Origin: an uncultured Opitutales bacterium
Lineage (GTDB): Bacteria; Verrucomicrobiota; Verrucomicrobiia; Opitutales; UBA9783
Direction of reading: 5' to 3'
DNA length: 32,000 bases
Assembly: GCA_934691225.1 (NCBI GenBank)
Contig: CAKUSQ010000001.1
Span: 300,001 to 332,000, forward strand
How positions within the stretch are numbered: position 1 is the first letter of the stretch; each line of letters starts with the position of its first letter. The notes under the pieces are model-generated. The model worked only from the letters and a program-made list of their open reading frames with translations. It had not been told where the DNA came from and made no database searches. This document shows positions 1-8,620 of this stretch, piece after piece. The translations under genes were made by a program, and so were the position numbers.

Positions 1-13
1 CATAATTTTTCAT

Positions 14-772
14 TTAAAATTCCAAAGAAAATCCAAAATTCAATCCACAAAAATGTGAACGATATGTTTTCGCATTAACAATCGTCCAAGGTTGTGTACC
101 TCCCGTATTATACACAAAGGTTGGGCCACAATAAAAATGCCCTAATTTTTCAACTTCTTTTTTCAGCCAAAAGTTCATCTCCACATATTTATAATGATAT
201 CTTCGGTTCAACTCATTTCCATGGTGACCATAAGGACGTTTTGCTTCCAAAAAGCCAATTTTATTGTTCCAACTTAATTTTAAACGCTTAAAATCAAATA
301 TCGATAAATCAAAATCGTACCCCCAACGACATTCTACACACCATTGTTTGTGCTTCTTGTCTAAAAACAAATATATTTGCGGCGTCATTAATAAATCAGA
401 ACGCACACCTGCATACATTTCAAACCATTGATTACATAGTGCACTATTATCATGCTGCAAAACCGTATGTCGACCACCGACATCAAACGTAAAATGTGGC
501 GTTAACTTTCGCAATAATCCACCTGAAAAAATCCAACGATTTTTAAAAATATCTCTCCCTCGCAATGGAACATGACCTTCTAAATTTCCATAAATCCCTA
601 AACGATCTCCACGAATCCCACCTTCACAAAATGTCGACAAACTACGTTTGCCAATTTCACAACCTCGGTCATAGACTTCTGTGTCAATCGCAACGGAACC
701 CTTAAAAAAACCTAACAACAATGCATTAACACAAAAAACACTTCCCCACAGTACATGCCTCATAATTTGCAT
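14..772 (-). CDS. putative outer-membrane beta-barrel protein, family unassigned
   Basis: 252-aa ORF with ATG at 772 (alternative ATG at 763). Signal-like N-terminus MRHVLWGSVFCVNALLLGFFKGSVA. Alternating aromatic/polar strand-like pattern. C-terminus GLNFGFSLEF ends in Phe, as in BamA-dependent OMPs. 7 Cys in the mature part. Confidence 0.55.
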   Translation of the reverse strand: MQIMRHVLWGSVFCVNALLLGFFKGSVAIDTEVYDRGCEIGKRSLSTFCEGGIRGDRLGIYGNLEGHVPLRGRDIFKNRWIFSGGLLRKLTPHFTFDVGGRHTVLQHDNSALCNQWFEMYAGVRSDLLMTPQIYLFLDKKHKQWCVECRWGYDFDLSIFDFKRLKLSWNNKIGFLEAKRPYGHHGNELNRRYHYKYVEMNFWLKKEVEKLGHFYCGPTFVYNTGGTQPWTIVNAKTYRSHFCGLNFGFSLEF

Positions 773-863
773 TATATCATTTTTGTTTCTTTTCCCAAAA
801 AAGTAAATTAAAATATTGATTTTTCAAGAACTTCTACTTACTCTTCTCTTAACATTGCTTTTA

Positions 864-1151
864 ATGGAAGTTATAAAGGAATACACTATCTGCAGTGAAC
901 AAGGTTGGCACGCACGCCCTTGTGCACTTATTACGCGCACCATTGTAGGACATCCAAGCGTTTGGGTTGAACTTTTCCATCCACGTTCTAAACGTACAAC
1001 AGACGGAAAAAGTCTTTTTGAATTGATGTTGTTCGGTGCTAATAAAGGTGATAAAGTAATAATAAAACTTAAAAGCGAAGATAAAGAAGAAATTGACGAT
1101 TTGATAAAAACACTTGACCGATTGATACCTGGTTTTTACGATTCTGAATAA
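864..1151 (+). CDS. ptsH: HPr-family phosphocarrier protein
   Basis: GWHARPCA matches the His15 active-site motif. DGKSLFELMLFG matches the Ser46 regulatory-site motif. The track ORF starts at TTG 816 with a Leu-rich artefactual extension; ATG 864 gives the canonical ~95 aa length. Confidence 0.8.
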   Translation: MEVIKEYTICSEQGWHARPCALITRTIVGHPSVWVELFHPRSKRTTDGKSLFELMLFGANKGDKVIIKLKSEDKEEIDDLIKTLDRLIPGFYDSE

Positions 1152-1158
1152 TTCTTCA

Positions 1159-1189
1159 TTGACATTTTTTATATTATTGGTTTGATAAT
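1159..1189 (+). promoter_or_regulatory. candidate sigma70-type promoter for tRNA-Ser (TTGACA-19 nt-GATAAT)
   Basis: Perfect TTGACA at 1159-1164 and GATAAT at 1184-1189 (5/6 match, long 19-nt spacer). The implied start lies a few nt before the tRNA 5' end at 1200. Confidence 0.35.
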
Positions 1190-1199
1190 AATATACTTT

Positions 1200-1292
1200 G
1201 GAGAGATGGCTGAGTGGTCTAAAGCGCCTTCCTGCTAAGAAGGTAAGTTCTCAAAAAGGGCTTCGAGGGTTCAAATCCCTCTCTCTCCGCCA
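1200..1292 (+). tRNA. tRNA-Ser (anticodon GCU), class II with long variable arm, CCA encoded
   Basis: Acceptor stem GGAGAGA/TCTCTCC is perfect. Anticodon stem-loop is CCTTC-CTGCTAA-GAAGG. T-arm is GAGGG-TTCAAAT-CCCTC. Collinear with E. coli tRNA-Ser(GCU). Confidence 0.95.
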
Positions 1293-1322
1293 GAAATCAA
1301 AGGTAAACATTCAAAATAAGTT

Positions 1323-2183
1323 TTATTTTTGAGGATGCGATTGATTATAAATCTTTTGCAAAAAATGAATATTAACATGCGTGTATTTCTGCGTTGTTGA
1401 AAGTTTTGCATGTCCCAATAATTCTTGAACCGCACGAACATCTGCACCATTTTGTAACATATGAGTTGCATAACTGTGACGACAACTGTGTGGTGTCATA
1501 GTTAATGGTAGTTTCGACGCACACAGATATTTTTTTATCAACAATTGAACTGAACGTACCGTCAATGCACCTCCATCTTTACGAGGAATTAACACAGGTA
1601 CATTTTGAATCGCATGCAATTGTTTCAACGCTTCCAAAGCTGGAATACCTATAGGAATAACACGCTCTTTTCTCCCTTTACCCAACACACGAATTTGTCG
1701 CAGTGACCAATTTATATCAGAACATCGCAACGCAACTAATTCACCTACACGAATACCAGCACCGTATAACAATTCTAATAAAGCTTTATCGCGGCGCCAA
1801 TAAAACTCATCTATTTTGCCTTCCGAAAACAGTTTATCGGGCGCCGATAATAACAAATTTATCTGATCAACTGTAAAAAAAACAGGTAACTTTGAATCAA
1901 ATTTTGGTTTTACTTCTAAAATTTCTCTTGGCATAGGAATTTTTTTAAACTCCTCCAAAAAACGAAAAAACGTTCTCAATGCTGATAAATCATGATTCAA
2001 TGTTCGTGTGCTCACCTGTCGATTACGTAAAAATACTTCAAAATAGCGGCCATCATTTATAGGTAACTTTTTTGATTGCACAAATTCTAACCACAAATTT
2101 ACAGTATCTAAATAATCCCTTTGCGTATAAGATGAATAATTTCGTTGTTGCAAAAAAGAATTAAAATCATCCAAAAGCGACAT
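1323..2183 (-). CDS. tyrosine site-specific recombinase, XerC/XerD family
   Basis: 286 aa. C-terminal catalytic region HSCRHSYATHMLQNGADVRAVQELLGHAKLSTTQKYTHV carries the R..HxxR..Y signature. N-terminal SAM-like core-binding domain. Size and layout are typical of Xer rather than phage integrases. Confidence 0.85.
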   Translation of the reverse strand: MSLLDDFNSFLQQRNYSSYTQRDYLDTVNLWLEFVQSKKLPINDGRYFEVFLRNRQVSTRTLNHDLSALRTFFRFLEEFKKIPMPREILEVKPKFDSKLPVFFTVDQINLLLSAPDKLFSEGKIDEFYWRRDKALLELLYGAGIRVGELVALRCSDINWSLRQIRVLGKGRKERVIPIGIPALEALKQLHAIQNVPVLIPRKDGGALTVRSVQLLIKKYLCASKLPLTMTPHSCRHSYATHMLQNGADVRAVQELLGHAKLSTTQKYTHVNIHFLQKIYNQSHPQK

Positions 2184-2187
2184 AATA

Positions 2188-3561
2188 TCAACTTTTGCGT
2201 TCGTCTTCTAATGAATTAAAAGTAGATTTAGGTTTTTCCACCCAATCCCACTGTACAGGACATCCCGCTAAATCAAAATTTTCCCTTAAATGATTTTCTA
2301 AAAAACGTTTATAGTTTTGAGGCATCCATGCTAAACGATTGCAAAAAACTTTCAAAGTTATCGGACAAATACCTCTTTGAACAGCATAATAAATCTTAAA
2401 ATGTTTTCCATGACACGAAGTAGGTGGTGTTTGCAACTGTATTTTTTGAAAAAAACGATTTAAGGCACCGGTAGTTATTTTCGTTTGCAACCGTTTTTGC
2501 AACGCTTTGATCTGATTCAATAATCCTTCCAATCCCTCACCCGTTTTAGCAGAAACAAATACAACTGGTGCATCCGTAAAAACACAAACTTTTTTTATTT
2601 CTTCAAGAAAAGTCTTTTGAAATTTTTCACAATTTTTCCCTACCTCTGCAATTTTTTCACGAGCAATGTCCCATTTATTAACAACCAAAATGCAACCTTT
2701 GCCTAATGTATGTACTTCATTGATTAAATTTTTATCAATGGTTGTTGGACCTGTTAAAATATCCAACAAAATAACCGCCATATCTACCTTAGCTAAAGCA
2801 GCATTTGTCCGAACAGATGCGTAAAATTCAACCGCATCGGAGGTTTGTTTTCGAATACCTGCTGTATCTACCAAAACGAAACGTTCCAAACCCGATCTTT
2901 TAAATTTCCACGTGAATGGACACTCAATCGCATCGCGTGTTGTCCCCGCCACATCACTCACCAAAACACGTTCTTCCTTCAATAGAGCATTCGTTAAAGA
3001 AGATTTCCCTACATTTGGACGCCCAACTAGGGCAAATTGAGCTGTCAAAGGAACACTTTCTTCTTCCTCTTTTTTATTAGGCAAACTTTGAAGAATAGCT
3101 TCTTTCAGTAAATCAATGTTATTGTTGTGCTCTGCTGAAATAGGGATCAAAACATTCCAACCTAATCGGTAAAATTCAGCTAAATGACTCTCATCAACAT
3201 CATTATCAATCTTATTAACCGCTAAAATACGAGGTTGTTTTAACTTACGCAATGCATTAGATAATTCACGATCCATAGGCGTTAAACCACGACGCCCATC
3301 CAACACCCAAACAATTACATCTGCGGTATTCACAGCATTCCACACACGATTCTCTATCGATTTTGTAAAAGCATCACAGGGACTAAACAAACCACCACTA
3401 TCAACAACTTGAAAAAGATTATCAACTTCCGTTGAAATAAAATCGCGCGTTACTCCCGGCTGATCGTAGACAACCGCAGCTTTTGAACGTGTTAATCGAT
3501 TAAACAACGTACTTTTTCCAACATTGGTTTGTCCAAATAATAGAACCGATGGTAATTTCAT
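2188..3561 (-). CDS. der: ribosome-associated GTPase Der (EngA)
   Basis: Two tandem G domains (GQTNVGKSTLFNRL with NKID; GRPNVGKSSLTNAL with NKWD) plus a KH-like C-terminus. The track start at 3597 is TTG; ATG at 3561 (MKLPSVLLFGQTNVGKS) matches the canonical N-terminus. Confidence 0.93.
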   Translation of the reverse strand: MKLPSVLLFGQTNVGKSTLFNRLTRSKAAVVYDQPGVTRDFISTEVDNLFQVVDSGGLFSPCDAFTKSIENRVWNAVNTADVIVWVLDGRRGLTPMDRELSNALRKLKQPRILAVNKIDNDVDESHLAEFYRLGWNVLIPISAEHNNNIDLLKEAILQSLPNKKEEEESVPLTAQFALVGRPNVGKSSLTNALLKEERVLVSDVAGTTRDAIECPFTWKFKRSGLERFVLVDTAGIRKQTSDAVEFYASVRTNAALAKVDMAVILLDILTGPTTIDKNLINEVHTLGKGCILVVNKWDIAREKIAEVGKNCEKFQKTFLEEIKKVCVFTDAPVVFVSAKTGEGLEGLLNQIKALQKRLQTKITTGALNRFFQKIQLQTPPTSCHGKHFKIYYAVQRGICPITLKVFCNRLAWMPQNYKRFLENHLRENFDLAGCPVQWDWVEKPKSTFNSLEDERKS

Positions 3562-3610
3562 ACTTTTAATTTCGATGAAAAATTCAACGAAACGCAAGCG
3601 TATTATTACA

Positions 3611-5287
3611 TTATTCCCCTACCAAATCCGAAGCTTTGATATGGAAATAATAGTAAGATTTGCTATCAGCATTCATAAATGTAATCCACAAATGCCCATT
3701 TTTACAATCCATAGAAATAATACGCGAACATGATGTAAAATTACCAAAACTATTTCCTGTAACATCCTTAAATTCTGTTTTCGTTAACAAACGAACTTTG
3801 TAATCTGAATCGATCACAAAAGATGCGTACCCCAAAAATAACTGTTTCGTCTTTCCAGGATAACAATATGCGTAAATAATATAGGAATGTTTGGTTATCG
3901 GCGACTCATAAATACAAATTTTATGCGTATTAAGATAAAAACGATACTTATCTTCTTTCGTGGTATTTGTCGATGAAACAGCTGTTTCACTGGCTCCTTG
4001 AATATCGGTTGTATAAATAACATTTTGAATGTAATCAGCATCTGAACTAGGTGAATCAGTAAATGTATTACCATCGTTTAGTTTGCAAGACCGAAGTGTA
4101 AGTGATAATTTATCGGTAGGCCAATTGCAATACGTTGCTGACCAATTATATTTACTATTCTCTTCCTTATTTAAACTTGAATACCGTCCTGTAGCACAAA
4201 AACCTAAAATACACCAAATTTTCGTTCTATCCTTCGCTTCTAAAATACAAAAATCATAATTGTATGTTGTAGAATGAGAATCTCCTTTTTCATATTTTTC
4301 GACATATAAAAAATTCCAACTCATTGATTTTTTTATCCAACTACCTTTTGTATCTTCCATGGTTAATAAAGGGGTATAACCATCTATAACAAACATACCA
4401 TAAACATTATCTCCTTTTTTTATATATCGATTACCAATAGAAAGTCCCCCTCCATACCATGTTACATTACCCTCACAACACTTTATACTCAATTTATTCT
4501 GCCATCTATTAAATTGTTTATAAAAACTCGCCTTTTCATAACTCTCATAATCTTCAAGCACAATAAAACTCATATTAACAACTTCATTTGCATGCCAAGC
4601 CTGATAGGACCCTACCTGCGGATAAAATTTATAAGCATCACTATCCCGACACCACCTTAGTCTATTCAACCAACAAATTGCGTTTTCAGACCCTTTGTAA
4701 AATCCTGAATCAACTACTTTTAAAGAAGCTTTTTCTAAATCAAAATACATAAAACCTTCCACATCTGAAGAAGCATCCATAAATCGAGTCGGCGGGCAAT
4801 AGGCAAACAAACAAAGATAATTTGAACTACTTACTTCCTGTGCTAAACAAGGACAAAATGCATTATAAATTTGATTTTTAAATATTCTAGCATCGGTATC
4901 ATACGAATTTAAATTTGGCGTTGCTTTCATACCCAAAGTTACTCCCGCACGTTCCCAAGGATAAAGATCCATGGAGGAAGTATTGATAGAAGCATCGCTA
5001 GGTTCATATTTTCCAATCCTAAAAACTGCCCCTGACGAATTAACACTGTATAAAGTTACTGCAAACAAAACTCCATTGGTATCAACCATGGCACTTGGAG
5101 CAAATGCTTCTAGTACATTTTGCTCTGAACCATAGTTCGACCGCATGGTTGTATTCAACCAATAAGGATAACAATAAAAATAATCTATTCGATCAAATTT
5201 ATATTTACCTTCTATACTCTTAGGTACATAACTCCATATATCACACAAAGTATTTAAAATTACGAAAAAGAAAATTTTTGATTTCAT
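3611..5287 (-). CDS. orphan secreted Cys/Tyr/Trp-rich protein, no family recognised
   Basis: Long intact ORF. ATG at 5287 gives the signal-like N-terminus MKSKIFFFVILNTLCDIW (the track start at 5296 is GTG). 18 Cys after the signal region. Recurring [FY]xYC[YP]P motif: YFYCYPYW, LFAYCPP, YAYCYPG. Own 5' region downstream of the gatB terminator. Confidence 0.7.
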   Translation of the reverse strand: MKSKIFFFVILNTLCDIWSYVPKSIEGKYKFDRIDYFYCYPYWLNTTMRSNYGSEQNVLEAFAPSAMVDTNGVLFAVTLYSVNSSGAVFRIGKYEPSDASINTSSMDLYPWERAGVTLGMKATPNLNSYDTDARIFKNQIYNAFCPCLAQEVSSSNYLCLFAYCPPTRFMDASSDVEGFMYFDLEKASLKVVDSGFYKGSENAICWLNRLRWCRDSDAYKFYPQVGSYQAWHANEVVNMSFIVLEDYESYEKASFYKQFNRWQNKLSIKCCEGNVTWYGGGLSIGNRYIKKGDNVYGMFVIDGYTPLLTMEDTKGSWIKKSMSWNFLYVEKYEKGDSHSTTYNYDFCILEAKDRTKIWCILGFCATGRYSSLNKEENSKYNWSATYCNWPTDKLSLTLRSCKLNDGNTFTDSPSSDADYIQNVIYTTDIQGASETAVSSTNTTKEDKYRFYLNTHKICIYESPITKHSYIIYAYCYPGKTKQLFLGYASFVIDSDYKVRLLTKTEFKDVTGNSFGNFTSCSRIISMDCKNGHLWITFMNADSKSYYYFHIKASDLVGE

Positions 5288-5357
5288 CACAAACACAACT
5301 CAATGTGCTTATTTTAATAAAAATTTTAACTCGAAGCAAATGATAAAATCATTTAGC

Positions 5358-5388
5358 TAAAAAAAGAAGGACTTTTTCAAGTCCTTTC
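5358..5388 (-). terminator. rho-independent terminator after gatB
   Basis: On the minus strand: stem AAGGAC / GTCCTT (5386-5381 and 5372-5367) with an 8-nt loop, followed by CTTTTTTTA. It lies about 20 nt after the gatB stop. Confidence 0.6.
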
Positions 5389-5408
5389 TATCATTATTAA
5401 ATATTTTG

Positions 5409-6860
5409 TTATTTTAAACAATCTAACAAGATCTGATCTATCACATCAATCGGAGCTTTACCTTGCGTCTTGCGCATCATTTGCCCTTTCAACACATTGA
5501 TAGCCTTTTCTTTACCTGAACGAAATTCAGCAACAGGTTTAGAATTCTCTGCAATAACTTCTTCGCACATTTTACGTAAAGCTTCTATATCAACTTTCAT
5601 TTCAAGGCCTTTTTCCTTAATGATCAACTGCGGAGTTTTACCTGTTTTAAACATCTCTAAAAACACATCCTTAGCACTTTGTTTTGAAACAAGTTTTTCA
5701 TCGATCAGCTTAACTAATTGTGCAACTGATTCTGGTAAAACCTTTAAAGATTCCCAGGTTAAATCTGCACTATTGGACATTTCTCTCAGCAAATCATTAG
5801 CGATCCAATTTGCGATTGCTAATGGATTTTTATCGTAAAATTTCAATGCTGATTCAAAGTAATCGCTCAAATGCCTATCGTAACAAATCACTGAAGTAAC
5901 CGTATAAGGCAATTTTAACTGGGACAAATAACGTTCTTGTTTAGCAAAAGGCAATTCAGGTACTTGTTTAATTTGCTCAGCTATCATCTCTTCAGATAAA
6001 ACAATGGGACACAGATCAGGATCTGTAAAATAACGATAATCATGTGCATCTTCTTTTGACCGCATGGTGTAGCTTTCATTTTTCTCAGCATCCCAACGTC
6101 GCGTTTCTTGTTCTACATGCCCTCCTGATTCCACAAGTGCAATCTGTCGCTGAATTTCATGTGCAACACCGTTGCAAACTCCAGATATAGAATTCAAATT
6201 TTTTAACTCAACTTTTGTTCCTAAATGTGTTGCGCCAATGGGACGAATACTGATATTTGCATCACATCGCATCTGACCTTTTTCCATATCACAGTTCGAT
6301 GCACCTATGTATTTTAAATGCATCTCTAACGATTTTAAATACGCAAAAACATCAGCGGTAGAATGCATGTCAGGCTCTGAAACAATCTCGATTAAAGGTG
6401 TTCCAGCCCGATTAAAATCAATCCAAGATTCGTCATTAAAATGTGTTAATTTTCCAACATCCTCCTCTAAATGGATACGATTTAACGCAACTTTACGATG
6501 AACTCCTTGAATATTTCGTGCAGGTCCTTCTAATTCAATTTCAACAAAACCACCTAAACACAAAGGTTGGTCAAATTGAGAAATCTGATAATTTTTTGGA
6601 GCATCGGGATAAAAATAATTTTTCCGATCCCACTTACATTTACGAGCAATTTTGCACCCAAACACAGAACCTACTTCAACTGTTTTTAAAATGGCTGCCT
6701 TATTAAGTACCGGCAAAGTTCCTGGCAAACCTAAAACAACTTCATCCACCAAGGTGTTAGGCGGTTCACCATAATGATATGGAACTTGCGTAAAAAGTTT
6801 AGTTTTTGTATTCAATTGGACGTGAACTTCTAGTCCAATAACAACTTCGTATTTATCCAT
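5409..6860 (-). CDS. gatB: Asp/Glu-tRNA amidotransferase subunit B
   Basis: 483 aa. N-terminus MDKYEVVIGLEVHVQLNTKTKLF is the classic GatB start. Contains a GatB/YqeY C-terminal domain. Sits in gatC-gatA-gatB order. Confidence 0.95.
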   Translation of the reverse strand: MDKYEVVIGLEVHVQLNTKTKLFTQVPYHYGEPPNTLVDEVVLGLPGTLPVLNKAAILKTVEVGSVFGCKIARKCKWDRKNYFYPDAPKNYQISQFDQPLCLGGFVEIELEGPARNIQGVHRKVALNRIHLEEDVGKLTHFNDESWIDFNRAGTPLIEIVSEPDMHSTADVFAYLKSLEMHLKYIGASNCDMEKGQMRCDANISIRPIGATHLGTKVELKNLNSISGVCNGVAHEIQRQIALVESGGHVEQETRRWDAEKNESYTMRSKEDAHDYRYFTDPDLCPIVLSEEMIAEQIKQVPELPFAKQERYLSQLKLPYTVTSVICYDRHLSDYFESALKFYDKNPLAIANWIANDLLREMSNSADLTWESLKVLPESVAQLVKLIDEKLVSKQSAKDVFLEMFKTGKTPQLIIKEKGLEMKVDIEALRKMCEEVIAENSKPVAEFRSGKEKAINVLKGQMMRKTQGKAPIDVIDQILLDCLK

Positions 6861-6866
6861 AATCGT

Positions 6867-8336
6867 TCAAAGTTGAGGGGTTTGTTTAGAAAATGAATGC
6901 TGCGATTCAAATAACTGTGCGATCGATAAAATTGTACACTCATCAAATGGACGGCCTATCAATTGCATTCCTATCGGCAAATTTGATTTTGAAAAACCAC
7001 ATGGCAAAGAAATTCCAGGCAATCCTGCTAAATTAACTGAAATTGTATAAATATCACTCAGATACATAGCTAAAGGATCTGCAGTACGTTCACCTTTTTT
7101 AAAGGCTAAAACCGGCGATGTAGGTGTCAAGATTGCATCTACTTCCTTGAACACCTCCATAAAATCATTGTAAATAAGCCGACGAACCTTCTGTGCTTTA
7201 CCGTAAAAAGCATCATAGTAACCGCTACTTAATACATAAGTTCCTAAAAGAATACGCCGCTTCACTTCATCACCAAAACCCTCGCTGCGTGATAAATCAA
7301 ACACATCACCTACCGTATGCGCATGAGGACTGCGATAAGTATAACGAATTCCGTCGTAACGAGCCAGGTTAGAGGATGCTTCAGCCGTAGCTACAATATA
7401 ATAAACTGGGACTGCATATTCCATTGATTTCAAATGTACCGGCTTTATTATGTACCCCTGACGCTTGTAAAAATCAATAGCAGCCTCAATTGAATGACGA
7501 ATTTCAGGATCTAGACCTTCACCAAAATATTCTTCAGGAATTCCAAGCACCCACTTTTTAGAACGAGACTTTTCCATCTCAACTAAAAAATCAGGAACTG
7601 AACGTCGTGCACTCGTAGCATCTTTAGCATCCGATCCACACAAAATTTGCAACAAACGCGCAACCCCTGTCACACTTCTTGCAAATGGCCCCGCTTGATC
7701 CAATGAACTCGCGTAGGCAACAATACCATAACGGCTGATACGTCCATACGTAGGTTTCATTCCAACGATTCCACACAAAGCTGCAGGCTGCCGAATAGAA
7801 CCTCCTGTATCCGTTCCCAACGACAAAGGGACTTCTCCAGCTGCTACTGAAGCTGCACTTCCTGAACTACTACCTCCTGGAATTCGTTCTAAATCCCACG
7901 GATTACAGGTTACTTGAAATGCTGAATTTTCAGATGAAGAACCCATCGCGAATTCATCCATATTAAGACGTCCCCACAGAACCATTCCTGAAGCTTTCAA
8001 GCGCTTTACAACTGTGCTATCATAAGGGCTTACAAATTTCTCTAAAATTCGACTACCACACGTCAAAGGTTGATTCTTCTCTGCAAATATATCCTTTAAC
8101 CCTACTGGAATTCCATCCAAATCGCTCAAACACTGCCCTTTGGCTCGACGCTCATCTGAAGCTTCTGCTTCCTTTAACGTTTTAACCTCATCAAAACTTA
8201 AAAAAGCTTTTAAATCTTCATCTATTTCCTTAGTACGTTGAATATACGCTTGTGTCAACTCAACTGACGAAAAGACTTTATTTTTAAGCCCAACAATGAG
8301 TTCATCTAACGATTGAAATATTAAATCCTTCATCAC
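6867..8336 (-). CDS. gatA: Asp/Glu-tRNA amidotransferase subunit A
   Basis: 489 aa. Amidase signature GGSSSGSAASVAAG and GTDTGGSIRQPA. Its start overlaps the gatC stop by 4 nt. Confidence 0.95.
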   Translation of the reverse strand: MMKDLIFQSLDELIVGLKNKVFSSVELTQAYIQRTKEIDEDLKAFLSFDEVKTLKEAEASDERRAKGQCLSDLDGIPVGLKDIFAEKNQPLTCGSRILEKFVSPYDSTVVKRLKASGMVLWGRLNMDEFAMGSSSENSAFQVTCNPWDLERIPGGSSSGSAASVAAGEVPLSLGTDTGGSIRQPAALCGIVGMKPTYGRISRYGIVAYASSLDQAGPFARSVTGVARLLQILCGSDAKDATSARRSVPDFLVEMEKSRSKKWVLGIPEEYFGEGLDPEIRHSIEAAIDFYKRQGYIIKPVHLKSMEYAVPVYYIVATAEASSNLARYDGIRYTYRSPHAHTVGDVFDLSRSEGFGDEVKRRILLGTYVLSSGYYDAFYGKAQKVRRLIYNDFMEVFKEVDAILTPTSPVLAFKKGERTADPLAMYLSDIYTISVNLAGLPGISLPCGFSKSNLPIGMQLIGRPFDECTILSIAQLFESQHSFSKQTPQL

Positions 8337-8620
8337 AAAACTTTCGGTACAACAATTTGATTTTCTTTCATTTCAGGCGCATTTTGAGATAGATAATCCA
8401 CTGAAACCTTTTCTGCTGGGACATCCTCAGCCCAAATGTTGGCATCATGCTCAAAAGAATGAACCATAGGTTCCAGATCCGATACATCCACAGATGCAAC
8501 TTTTGAACAATATCCGACAATTGACTGCAATTGTTGCTTCAATTTGCTCTTTTCTTCTTCTGACAATTGAATACGCGCTAATTTAGCTAAATGATCAATA
8601 GGCAACATTTGTTCGCTCAT
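8333..8620 (-). CDS. gatC: Asp/Glu-tRNA amidotransferase subunit C
   Basis: 95-aa acidic protein directly upstream of gatA. Typical LAKLARIQLSEEE start region. Overlaps the pheT stop by 4 nt. Confidence 0.88.
   Translation of the reverse strand: MSEQMLPIDHLAKLARIQLSEEEKSKLKQQLQSIVGYCSKVASVDVSDLEPMVHSFEHDANIWAEDVPAEKVSVDYLSQNAPEMKENQIVVPKVL

Noticed and set aside
94-291. This entry stands for the remaining short track ORFs that overlap called genes. They are 94-291, 1271-1471, 3524-3733, 5470-5838, 6307-6501, 6443-6706, 9441-9668, 9547-9747, 10709-10921, 12928-13110, 12935-13129, 15662-15847, 15985-16179, 17748-18002, 18760-18942, 19477-19659, 22850-23107, 24431-24703, 26975-27190 and 26985-27176.
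   Set aside because: Each is nested in, or antisense to, a gene with strong motif support, or overlaps tRNA-Ser in the case of 1271-1471. None has a recognisable domain.
816-863. An N-terminal extension of HPr from TTG 816 (MIFQELLLTLLLTLLL).
   Set aside because: It would add a Leu-rich segment that is not found in HPr proteins. ATG 864 gives the canonical length and places His15 correctly.
1200-2183. A tyrosine recombinase gene ends 30 nt from the 3' end of tRNA-Ser, which is the classic signature of an integrated genomic island or prophage.
   Set aside because: The protein has XerC/XerD size and motifs rather than phage-integrase features. The next genes (der, gatCAB, pheT) are core housekeeping genes. 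I could not find a direct repeat of the tRNA 3' end elsewhere in the window.
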